Assembly (NCBI GenBank): GCA_964247055.1
Contig: OZ176050.1
Span: 6,944,001-7,008,000, forward strand
From: Paragordius varius
Taxonomy: Eukaryota; Animalia; Nematomorpha
Direction: 5' to 3'
Length of the DNA stretch: 64,000 bases
In this document: positions 37,850 through 58,115 of the stretch, piece after piece
Numbering within the stretch: the first letter of the stretch is position 1
Layout of the letters: each line of letters starts with the position of its first letter
Program-made: the position numbers and the translations under genes
Notes under the pieces: model-generated
Told to the model about the DNA's origin: nothing
What the model saw: only the letters and a program-made list of their open reading frames with translations
Databases searched by the model: none

Positions 37850-39847
37850 TATATTTCTTTTGTTAAATAAATTGTCAATTATATTTTTACTTTTTTTGTT
37901 AGTTAATTTTAACTATAATTGTCATTAAATTATAAACACAAAATGGTTAAAATTCTATAGTTAAGAAAAAGAGTGTGTATCATTATCATAAATTCATCAG
38001 CCAAGAACATCGCATCTTTAGGAATGAATATTAGATATCTGAGGGTCGGTGTTATTTGGGTTAATCTATATGCATTTTTATAAATATAGTTCATGGTATT
38101 AAAAAATATTCCATTAATTTATATTCACTATTAGAAAGACAATTATTTAAATTTTTACGACTTGTTTTGCGATAGTATTGCGATTTTTTATTTATGTTGA
38201 TGCTTAGGATGGACGAAAAATTGGGATAAGCGTAATTTGAAAATAATTTTAGGACATAATAACAGGGAAACAACACTATCTGGCATTGACATTCCTAAAA
38301 CCATTAATTATTATTGTGGTTTTCAAATATATGGAAAATCGAATTCTTTATTAAAAAATTCCGATTTTTTGATATTTTAATGTTTTATATCTGATTTTAT
38401 AGTAGAACCCCAATATTCTTAAATATATATATTCAATATAAGCCGCGCAGTTTTAAACCTAAAATATTGATGATAAGAGTAGTTTTACCGATAATTAGCG
38501 TAAATTATGGTTGTAATTTAATATAGTTGACAATTCTTAATTTTTTCAAATTCACACTCTTTTGATTATTTTACGCCTTATCTAGACTTCTGATCAATTG
38601 GTTATATTGTATAATATTCTAACTATTCTTTACTATTTTTTATTAAGTGCTAATAACTAAATTAATGTTGTTTCGTCATACGAAGTTGGTAATAAAAGTG
38701 CAAAAATCAACTAGGGACTATGGAGAGCGGAAATATGATTAATTCACAGCTATTAAAGGAATCGGGTGAACACTGAGCCGTTTTATAAAGTTTTTTAAAT
38801 CGATTCCGCGCTTCCTGTCGATAGTAAAGAAGTGAGAGTATGTTCTACAGCAAATATTTCATTTCACTCAAATCGAAATGTGGGGAAAACATATAGGATA
38901 TTTTGAAATATTAATACATTCATTGTTTTTGCGAATTATATTCGTTCTTTTAAAATTTAGTATCCTAAATTTTACCCTAATGAAGTGGAGATAAAAATGG
39001 CTAAAAGAATAACCGACAAATTTTTCGATATTAAGATGGAATAATGGTCAAGATAAAGATTGCTAACTGATTGGAAATATGTATATTGCACAAATAAATT
39101 TTTGTGAGAAATTCTCATTAGAATAAATTATAGAAATAGAGGTAATAATATGTTCGTTTGAGCCCATGTAGTCACTACTGGATGCCTTATGATGTTATCG
39201 GATAAAACTGCTTATCAAGAAACCAAACTTTTATTTTTACCATTAATCTTTCAGTTGTTATAAATATGTTCAAATTACTATCTATATGTTTTAGTCAGCA
39301 TGTAAAAAAATTTAAAATGCAAATCAATGTATTCGATTAGTCACAGAAATGCGTGACTGAGCACTCCTAATTCATTTATTTAATTGTAAATTAAGTTAAC
39401 CCTGAAAGATCCTTTTTCTTGCTATTCGCATACTATACGGCTAATCGTTAAAATAGTGTAATCAATAAGGGAACAAACAAAAAGTATCGAAAAGTAGAAA
39501 GAGATATTAAAAGATGCAATGCAACAAATCAGGGAATCCAAAAAAATTACTTAGATATTATAAGACCAAATAAAACTCCTATTTTCTTTAAGTTTTTTCT
39601 TGATCTACGCGCTTAATTCGATACAGATTTTAAGCAATTGTTAATTTATCAAATTAAAAACTTTCATTTTGATTTAATACGTCACATATATGATAGATAA
39701 CATTTATATTTGAATTTAGAACGGAATATATTTAATAAGCATTTTTCGATTATAAATGAATATTTCACATGTAACACAGATTAATATCATTGATTTAAAT
39801 TTTAAGATATAAATAGGGGAAAATATTTAAGATCTTTTAAATCCTTT

Positions 39848-47523
<7,676 letters not shown>

Positions 47524-49906
47524 CTTTTATGAACTATTTAATCACAGGGGCATGCAAATTTTTGGGGTCATTAAGATAAATTTTTGGAATGGAATATCCA
47601 GGAGAATGTATTGTTTCGTGAAATAATAAAATAATGAATGATAATTCTAGATGTTGATTATGGGAGAATCAGTAATAAAGATTGAAGATGACTTGTGAAA
47701 TTCTTAGTTTTACGAATTCAAATTATTAAATTATAAAACTAAGTATATTTGTGAATTCCCAGAGAAAATCTGCCTTTATGTATATTTTTTTCATTAGAGC
47801 TCAAAAAGTCAATTATTAAGATTGGCATTTGTGAGAATATGAAAAACAAATATTTCAATAAAAAATTGAAACGTATATACCAAACATACTAATCAATATT
47901 TTTTACAAATTTTGATGTATAATAATGGATTTTGAATTAAAAGCTAAAATGAATTAAGATCGTTTTTGTTTTTTATTGGGATTCTTTATGCGATAAATAC
48001 ATTCTTGACGAGTTCTTAATTACATTACCTTTTCCAATCTTTGGGCCTATTAGTAATACGAGTTATTAAAATATAACAAATTATTTTTATCAAAACAATA
48101 TTATTTTTACCCATTTCTTGGATAAATGTATAAAATAAATGTTGATGATACCACTTTTATTGGTAAATATTTTTTGCAGAAATACTAAGGGAAAAGATAA
48201 TTTGGTAAATATATTTTACATTTAGAGAGAATATCTGTAGCTATGAAAGAAGATATTTTTTATAACAAATAATTTGGTACACTCAAATGTCAAAATAGGT
48301 CCCCAAAGACCAAGTTTTTTCGCAATATAAATGTAAAAATTTTAGTTAATGTTAATAAAATAAATGCGCTGTCTTTCCCTAAGGAATAAGAGTATTGCAA
48401 TTGATTTTGTAATTTCAAAACAGCAAAATATTTGAAAACTATTAAGCTAAGAAAATGTGATAAAATTACATAAAAAACTTTTAGCATTGAGCGCAATTAT
48501 AATCAGCTAATTCCAATATGCCAATTTTTACCTAACGCGTTCGCAAACAATTTTAAAATTTATGTTCGAAAATAAAATTGCCGAATGATGCAGGCCTCTT
48601 GAAAAGTTTAGCTTTTTATCTGCATTATAATTAATTGGTCGCTATATTTTCAACATGGACTTAATGTAATACCTAGCACGCTTAATTTTTCAAAAGAATT
48701 AGTTGATAAGTGGAATAATATAAAGAAGGGTGTTTGGTATTTTTAATTTTCAAATGATTTAATGTTGAATACAAAATCCAATATACATCAATTATGTGAG
48801 TTAAATAATTAAAATTGATATTACAGTGTATAATTAAGTAATGTTTTATCAAATTTTTACTCTAAACGGCCATATAACTAATAATATGGCTCAACGGTAA
48901 AATTGTACAAATTTACTTATATAACCATATCCATTTTTATTGTTAAGCTTGGTTTGCCAAGTTTATAGTTTTGGAATATTACAAAATAATATATTTAACT
49001 GAAACTAAACTTAAAAAACTGTTTGCATAGTAATTAATTACTTAAACCTTTTTATATTGAAAATTGTAAATTGCCATATATATTTTTTGCACTTAATACA
49101 ATACAATTTTGGTAAAGTTGATAACCATAGCATTTAATGATGAGGAAGCCTTTTAATTGTTGTGCGTTATATTTTTTGAGTTAAAATAAAATTTATTTAC
49201 AACCAAAATATGAGAGATTTATTGAATAAAATGCGTAGACTAAAGACCCAAAACACTCTTAAATTTTATGGGAGAATGTTTAGGAAAATTTGGATATAAT
49301 TTTTTGATAATCCAGATATGATTGTTTATACTATAGCATCAAAACAATTTATCATTTTATTGGCTATTAATTGTCCGCAATTAATAATATTTTACAAAAC
49401 TCTATTGTATATTTGAAATTTAATTATTATGAGGACCGCACTAAAAACTTGGCGTTACAAAACTAACCAGTTTAAAGAGATTTTATTTTATATTATAAAT
49501 TCAAAATTGCTCCTAACTAATTTCCAATCCACAATTCCATATTTCAGATTTAGAACAAATGTTTTAAATCAGCCTTAAAAATCATTCTCCCATGAAAGAT
49601 AAAATCACAATTCAACTTTTTTAGATATCATAATTAGTGGGATATTTTGGAGTGTTTTGTCTTCGCAGCTTTTGAAAGCATGTATGTACCAAATTATGAA
49701 ACCAGTATTAAATAAATTAATATATAATTTATGTGTAAAATGACAGATGGTCAACCTATCATAATGTATGACAAATTAGATATCAACATTATGATATGAA
49801 TAAAAATATTTATTTAAATACCAAAAAAAAATTAAAGTTAAATTAGCATTTATTGAGCGGTTTGACCCAAAAAAACAACGAATTTCGTTAAAAGCTTTTT
49901 GACTAA

Positions 49907-50016
49907 AGTTGGGTAATTTACAACACAGTAGTGTATGGAAAAAAGTAAGGAAATATTTGTTTATTCAACAATTTGTTGATTTTTCGATACACCACTGTGT
50001 TGCAAATTGCCCAACT
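49907..50016. mobile_element. Mini-MITE or hairpin, ~110 bp
   Basis: ~30-bp inverted arms AGTTGGGTAATTTACAACACAGTAGTGTAT / ATACACCACTGTGTTGCAAATTGCCCAACT. Confidence 0.65.
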
Positions 50017-53000
50017 ATACTGTGATATAATCAACCATTAAAATGCATAGATATATATATAAATAACTTTAATGTTGGTGATTGAGTTATGCAAAAAATG
50101 TGTAAATTTATAAATTATTTATGGGCGCTTGTATTTAATCAAATTAAAACCAAGTCGAAATCAAATTACTATTTACCATTTTTTAAAAAAATAGGGAAAG
50201 TGTTTCAAATAGCTCATTTTTATAATATCGCAAATATGACTAAAATTTTTTTCTTATTAAATGCATGCAGCAAAATAAATTTAGATGTTAAAAAATTTAA
50301 TATTTTCTGTGAATTAACAATAATTAAAAAATATAAATTTATTAATTTCAATCAATAAAAATTTGTACTTTATTTTTAATTTGAAAATATAAAAAACTAA
50401 TATAATCTTGAAAATATTAACATATTCTTCATGTTATTGATAAGTCATGCGCATAAACATAAATTTAATAACCATAAATTTATAATTATTAAATGACTTT
50501 AGGCCAGGGTACATTTTTTTCTTTGGCATATGGCGTATAGATTTTTCCCCATAACCATATTTTTTTATTTTTTCGCTACTTGACAGATTTAAAATTTGAA
50601 GTTTATTAGATAAATCTTTTTTTCAATTTAGTTCTTACAGCGTCATAACTATAATAGAGTGAAGTTTAATCTTACTTAACATATTTTTTTATGCCTAAGT
50701 CGTATGTTAATAAAGGAAATAAAGATTAACTCAAAAAGTTTCAAAAGCTAATTTTATGATTTTTTGGTATTTTTGTCTTAAATTCTATATAAATTGACTC
50801 CTGAGCAATGTTTTTTAGGTAATTCAATGAGATTGAGAATTATATTTTAATTTAGCAAAAATTAATATTTAAAATTTTGATTATTAGTTAAAAACTTAAC
50901 AACCTATCCAAAAAATTAAGTTATCACCAACGCAAAACGAAATTTTATATGCTGTCGCCTCTTTTCTCTAACGTTAAATTACCCTATTTATGTTTGAGAC
51001 CACTTATTTGTAAAATCAACTGTGCAAAAATTTGAATATTTAATTAAAGTTAGTTATGTTTTAATGATTAATTTATTTTCCAGAAAATGGAATTGATTAG
51101 ATTTTAAAAGTTTTGACCTACAACGAGGAGGATCTTATTTTTTATATCAGCAAATGTTCATTGGAAAATTGTCCCGTCAATATATACAAGTACATTGATA
51201 GGTTGCAATGCTCAGTTCTGGTTTTAACTCCGTAAGTGGTTTCCATATGGTTTTATTTTTAAAAAATGAAATTTAGTGTAAAATTCAAATTATTATTCAA
51301 TATTGATTGTATATTAGCATTTTTGTTAATCATCAAAATGATTATCATAATTTTAAAATTATTAGATTAAATTTTAACAACAATTCATCATTTTTTTGGT
51401 TTACAATCGAAATGGAATTCCATGTTGACCAATTTTTTGAATATTTTACCTTTAACACTTGAAGAGAATCACGGACATAATTATACCTAAGTATTTTTTA
51501 TCTATAGATTAAGAAAATTTATTTTATTAATTAATGGACCTAGATAAAACCTCAAACTATAGCGGCTACAATCAACATAACGAATGAGCCACACTATATA
51601 TGGTACTCAAACCGCGCCTTACGGGCCGCATCAGGTCTTCATGATTTTTTTAGACACAAATTTTTAAAATATTAAAATTTTATCCGGTAAAGTTAGTTAC
51701 ATTAGCGGTAGATATTACGATTCACAATACAGATTTTTCACGATGAATTTTTACTTTTAGATATGAGAAATAGTCAGATTTGATACAATCATTTTAAGTT
51801 AAATGATTTCCTCCAGGGAATAGTTAATAAAGATACACTTATTACCTACTATGTATTTATACATTTGACTATTTAATTTTCTAATAGATTACGTTTTGAT
51901 TTACAATTGATATTTTGTTTTACATTATAAAAAAATATCAAAATATCTATTGAAAAGTTAGGAAAAAATGCCGCGAAAATTTTCAAAAACAATTTCGAAT
52001 TAATTTTAAAAATTTATTCTACTTTATAATCAGAAGTTAATTTTAAGGATTTTTGACCGGTAATTTGTAAACTAAAAAAAATTATTGCTGTTGACTGAAT
52101 TTTATGAACATCGATTGTCTGTTAAAAAATGTTTAAATTAATTATTTGATATTTGAAAAATAGGGTTACATTCAAATTATTATCCTTAATTATATATTTC
52201 ATACACACATTTATTGCTTTATAACCAAGTTAATTGGTATTTTTATCTCTTAAAATCACTTGTAGAAATTTTTAGACGATCACCGAAAAGTAACCAAATT
52301 GTAGAGAAAATAATAAATCAATAGGCATAATAGTTCAAAAATATGTAGGCGACATAAAATGAACTCACAGTCTGTCTGAATATCAGATATTTGTCGATTT
52401 GGGTTTATAACTCGTTTGGTGAACTGAAAAATTCTCCATAAGCAGGTATTTTTTTTAAAAGTTGACCCAAATGTTAGCACTTGAATTTAGAGTCCATTTA
52501 TGATATATTTTAATTTATCGGGAAAATAACTTCTTTTTGGGAGGACTTTTCAGACCAGAGGTATATCAAATCTAAAAACTATTAAATTGCATATATTTTC
52601 AGGATAAAAACTGTCAAAAGCGGTTTTTGTGAAAATAGCTTCAATTCATGTAAAAATATTTTGGTTCCTCGGTTTTATTCAATTTAAAATAATGGAAAAC
52701 TTTATAATCTGCCATCGCTTTAAATATTTTTTTAGGAAGATTATCATATTTTAGGTTTGATAATATTTAACATACACCAAGATTTGTACAAATAAGCTGA
52801 AGTTTTCCATCACAAATAAAAAACACTTCGGATGATTTTTAACTAATACAAATATGTGATATTACGTACTATTGGATAGAAATTTTGTAAATCAATTTAA
52901 TTAAAATAAAGTAATGACAAGTTAGGGATATTATTGGAATTTCACATGGTAATGTTTTAAACTTTATAAAAATGGAAGAGAATTTGGAAACGTAAGACCC

Positions 53001-54368
53001 TCGAAAAAGATCAACTTCGAATCTGAAATCTGAATGTTCGTTTAAATGCATTATTTTTTTCGTTTATCAGCCAAAAGTAACAGTAAAGGCTTCCTTATAT
53101 TAAAATCGTTTGATCTAAATATACCAATCCCCTTCTTTCAGACGGTTATTGTTTAAAGTAATAATTGTTTTACCAATAGAATGTGTGTCTTTGGGGCTCA
53201 AGAGGAATCGAATTGGTTGAAAGGTAGCCTTATTATAAATTCATATTTCGAGCCCAAAATGCTAGAAATATAATTTATATTAGCTCTCAATTAAACATTT
53301 TAATATAAATCATAATTAATACATAAAAGGAGTGAGTTCTGGCTCAAATCAAGAATAGTTTTAAAATGGGAACTATCAATATTCAGATTTTTTATGTAAT
53401 TGTTTTATAAAATTTTAAGTTATTGTCAAATTAAACGCTACTTATCAAATAAGGAGGCAAAACTAAAACTTCTATTGATTTTAAAATCCATTGTGTTAAT
53501 AGTCAAGAATAATCTCATTAAAAAAATAAACAGTAAAGACAGGAATTTCACTATTGCCATAAAAGATCAATCGACTGTTAAAATAATAAATAAATATTTT
53601 ATCCTCTCTAAAAGAAGAGAATTACATGATCTATGGTTAAAATTTATTGTCTACATCAAATATTTATTAGGCTGTAAATTTTGTAGAAAAGGTGTTTTTC
53701 TAATGATTCAAACTTGGATTATTTAAAAATAATAATTCTGATGAGAGGTTTCTTTTTATACATCTTAAAACCATCAATTTTTTTTATATAACATCGCATT
53801 TTGCTTGCCTTATATTAAAAATGATTGTATTTCGATTCCATTTTGTAAATATTCCTGCGTTATTTTATCAATAACTCTTTTTTTGTTATGCAGGGCATTA
53901 AAAATCGTTTTAAAAGCCCCATGGGTTAAAAGTTTGAGTACCGCCGCTGTACTTAACCTTTCCACCGATATTTTTATTTTTTGCAGCAACATCTAAATGT
54001 TATACACAGAGAGAGATTAAATTTACCTATATTACAACTACAATAAATATTTAATAATGTTAAGGAAAAAATTAAAGCTCCTTAATGCCTATAAGTTAAA
54101 AGTCATTTTTTATAAATATTTATTCAGCTAATCAGACATTTGTTAAATACATTAATATTTATATATTTATCATATGAATGTCTAATATACCGCATATATG
54201 TTTGTTTGATTTTAATTCTTAAATTTAAATAAAACCGGGCTAATTAATGATCAAAAATGCAATCAGTCATCGATAGGAACTGCTAAATGTTTCGACACTA
54301 TCCTAAAAATTATTGGTTCAACGAAAATATGGCAACTATATACATTTATAACCATATATATTAAAAAG

Positions 54369-55802
54369 TTATTCTAATTTAATTTTTTTGTTTAGTGACA
54401 TCTTATGTTTTATCCAATTCACTAGGAATGAAACATAGGCCAGACCGATGGGGAGAAATAATGGAACGTATATGGCATATTTCTGATCGTCCGGGAAATA
54501 AAGCATTTCCAGGAATGTTGGATAATAAAATGCGCTTTGAGAATTCTTCCAGGCCTGTTTAGCTAATCTAAATGCACCAAGTATTTTATCCCTATATTGA
54601 CCATCATGAAATAATTCATTATTCGCCGTGGAAAAATTATGAGATTCTTTCAAAGTTTCTATTGCCGCTGCATAGCTGGAGAGGGCATTATTAATATATA
54701 AGGCTACATCACGATCAACCATTAGTGTCTTAATATTTGTCAATAATTTATGGATACTGGTTAAAGTTTTATGAGTGGAGTTAAGATACGTCGATATCCA
54801 AGCTAGTTGATATTCCAGCATATTATTTCGATCACTAAGAACATATTTTAATCCATGGTCTGGAGATAAATAGGAAGTGACTTGGTTCTTAAATTTTACA
54901 CTCAATGGATATTTTATATAAAGTAAAAAATTGTAAATAATTGTCGAAAAAAAATTTGTATCCTCATGAATGTTTATATTCGAATGAATTGGGTAATAGA
55001 TGAGTGAACCCCAAGTTGGTGAAAAAATCGATTTTATTGATTCATTAAAACTATTATCAGGGGTAAAATCAAAAAGATTAACCACACATGTATATGATAA
55101 TTGGCCCATTTGAGTAGTCGTCGATTGCATAACATGGGCATTCAAAAAATTAATTAAAGCCGAGATCTCAAAATTCGATTTCAAATATTTATTTTCGCTT
55201 AGCCATAGTTGCCAATAAGGTGGAAAACTTTCAATAGCTATATCAGTGGTAAATATTTCAAGATCAAAAACCGATTCTTTAAAATAAGCTAATTCATTAT
55301 TAATCCGTACGTTAATATCCGAACCATCGTACTCAGACAAGGATTTAATAGAATATAGTATGTAAATATTGAATTTAACACTTGAAAATAATGTCGGAAA
55401 CGATATGCGTGATCGATCTTTAATTCGTTTTTGTAATATATAATTTGCTCTAATTAGATTGTCATTAAATGGCTCCTTTATGTATATTTGATGATGGGTG
55501 GAAAATATTTCAATTTCATTCTTTGTTGATACATTTAAATATAAAATGGAATTTAAATGACAGTTTCTCACATAAATATTATTTGTACCACGATCGGAAT
55601 CAAAATATCTTTCTAAATCTGGTTCAATGTTTGAATGTAAACATATAATTTGAGGTATAATATATACATTATTGATTTGCTTCCAATTAATAGGATATCG
55701 TGGTATTTTGGTGGTTAGATACCATATAGGTAACAATAATGAACTTACTGCTAGAAATGTTATAAAAATTTTGGTCGAAGAGCATGCTTTATATATCTTC
55801 AT
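54369..55802 (-). CDS. PIGS: GPI transamidase component PIG-S, intronless, 477 aa
   Basis: Single ORF. N-terminal TM followed by LPIWYLTTKIPRYPI (cf. LPLWWKTTETYRA) and the C-terminal signature MLYFPDDQKYAIYVPLFLP before the second TM. Confidence 0.93.
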   Translation of the reverse strand: MKIYKACSSTKIFITFLAVSSLLLPIWYLTTKIPRYPINWKQINNVYIIPQIICLHSNIEPDLERYFDSDRGTNNIYVRNCHLNSILYLNVSTKNEIEIFSTHHQIYIKEPFNDNLIRANYILQKRIKDRSRISFPTLFSSVKFNIYILYSIKSLSEYDGSDINVRINNELAYFKESVFDLEIFTTDIAIESFPPYWQLWLSENKYLKSNFEISALINFLNAHVMQSTTTQMGQLSYTCVVNLFDFTPDNSFNESIKSIFSPTWGSLIYYPIHSNINIHEDTNFFSTIIYNFLLYIKYPLSVKFKNQVTSYLSPDHGLKYVLSDRNNMLEYQLAWISTYLNSTHKTLTSIHKLLTNIKTLMVDRDVALYINNALSSYAAAIETLKESHNFSTANNELFHDGQYRDKILGAFRLAKQAWKNSQSAFYYPTFLEMLYFPDDQKYAIYVPLFLPIGLAYVSFLVNWIKHKMSLNKKIKLE

Positions 55803-56010
55803 TCGTTAAAACATATAAATAATTTATATTTATTAACGGTTGTAATATAATATTATGAAGAATTACGATTTTCATCCATGTTAAATTGCTTTTCCTATAC
55901 AAATATGAATATAAAATTAAATAAATTAATATTTTACTTTTAAATATACGGATAAATATAAACCTTAAAAATTAAAATACTATAATCTTTAATAAAATAT
56001 AAATTTGAAA

Positions 56011-57205
56011 CCTGGGTGTATAATAAATATCCCGATGAAAATATATTCTGATAGGAGAAAATATAAGAATCATGGAATTGATTTTGGCTCTTACGATTGA
56101 TTTAAGAAAGGTTGTTACATTTTTGTAATAAGGGCTCCATATTAGAAATGGAAAAATTTGCCCAAATTATATTAAAATAATTTTTTATAGTAAAAGTTAA
56201 ATGAAGTATTCTAAAAAATATCACTAAAATATACATAAATACATATAAATAGCAAAACGATATTTTAAAATATTTTAACATTTAGATGTGGGCTCCGAAA
56301 GTCCCACATTCTTTCCCTCTTCTAAAATGAGATTCTTCAAAATAAACGTGAAAATGCCGAAAAGGATTTAAAAATTGTAAGTAGATGCTAAATTTTGATA
56401 TAAACTAAAAATATATTTAAAAGATGAATACTTTTTCAAATGTTTTAATCTTAGTAAAAAATTGGTGGAGCGTATTTCATGCAATTTTGAGGCATGACGA
56501 AAACGGTTAAATTTAAGATATTATAAAAAACTTCTCTTTGTAATTAAATTATGTTGAACATCTTCATCGCTTCGGAATTTTATTTTAAAAATTTTACTTT
56601 CAAGTTACGGTGAACTTTTATAAAAACCATAATTTATTAACATAAATTTCAAGACGAACGAATATTTTTATCAGAATTTAGAGGTGATAGAATTGATAAT
56701 TGAATTATAGAGCTGAAGTTTTTTTATAATAACATAAAGTATTTTTATTCCGTTTCCATCAGGAAACAGTCGAAGTACGCTTTAACAAAATTTTGCTAGA
56801 AAATAAATTTTTAAAACAAGTATCTATATTAAAAAAATATTTTAATTTAGCATATATTTAAAATTGTTACAGCGCTACCTCGGCATTTTTCGTTTATTAT
56901 ACAAGAAATACATTTTAGAAGAGCAAACAATTTTGAACTTTCTAGACCATAGCTAAAATTTAATTTTTCGAAAATTATTGTTTAGCTTTTTATATTTAGT
57001 TTATATATTTTGATGATATTTTTGTAATGAACCATTAAGTTTCATCTAAAAAATTTATTTAAAAAAATGTGCGTAATGGTGCACTTATTACAAAAGGATG
57101 AATGACTTTTTTTCACTCGTAAGGGCCAAAACCAAACCCAGATATTCCTGATACATTTGCTATCAGAATATATAGATATTTCATCTGATTATTTATTTAT
57201 TAATG
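56011..57205. mobile_element. Family F palindromic Tc1/mariner-type MITE (boundaries approximate)
   Basis: Arms similar to 13002-13400 and inverted about a central region (for example AAACGTGAAAATGCCG versus CGGCATTTTTCGTTT). Confidence 0.55.
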
Positions 57206-58115
57206 ATATTTTGGGAAAATTCTTAAAAAATATTCCTCTTTTGAATAATATGAGATTATGGATCGAAAATGATTATCAAGCGTTTTAAATAAATATTCAA
57301 CATATTTTCAGTTGGTTTTAAGTTTATATAGCAGTCAAATCCAATCAAAACAAACATTTAATTCAAATAAGGAATGTAAAAATTTTATCTCAAAGTAAAA
57401 TTTTAGGAGTTAATTGATTTAGATTTTACATATATAATGAAAAACGTATTAAAACGTTGTAGTTGAAGATTTTTTTTAATTTTAATTTAATATTTTATTA
57501 AATAATGCGCGAAAAGCTCAGTATCTATATATGTGAATTTTGCCAAATATAGATATTTTAAAGATAAAATGCAATATTTCTGGGTAAAAAAATCATTTTG
57601 TTAAATTCCGAAAGTCTCACATATCCGAATTCGCTAAAATCGAAGGGTATGCTTCAAAAAAACGATATTGCGTAATATCAAAATTTAATGAAAAAACGGA
57701 TACGTAGCTTTTAATATTATTTCGAAAAGTTTCTGATTAAAATATTATTAAAACTTCATAACCCACGGTTGAAAACATTAAAATATTCATATTCATAATA
57801 CGATTTGCGAAAATTTCACCTGAGATTTTTTAAAACTCTTCCCCAATTAATTTTTAATAGAACAAATTTAGTAATATATGGAAGCAAACGAATGCGATGA
57901 AAATACATTCCTATTTTAAATTTTATAACCCTATGACCTGTTATCTGTTAAATGTATAAACATTTGCAAAACAAAATAATAAAAATTAGCTAAGGAAAAT
58001 TTTGTTACTGTGAACCTAATAGCTTTATTACTGAATAATCAGATCCCTCCTGTATAAAACTATGCGATTATCAAGTAATTTCCGAATCCAAATTTATTAA
58101 TTAAATAATATAAAT

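Noticed and set aside
38000-38720. Minus-strand GPCR-TM7-like peptide (GMSMPDSVVSLLLCPKIIF) and ORF 38091-38276
   Set aside because: Could not be joined into a consistent multi-exon model, and the similarity is too weak.
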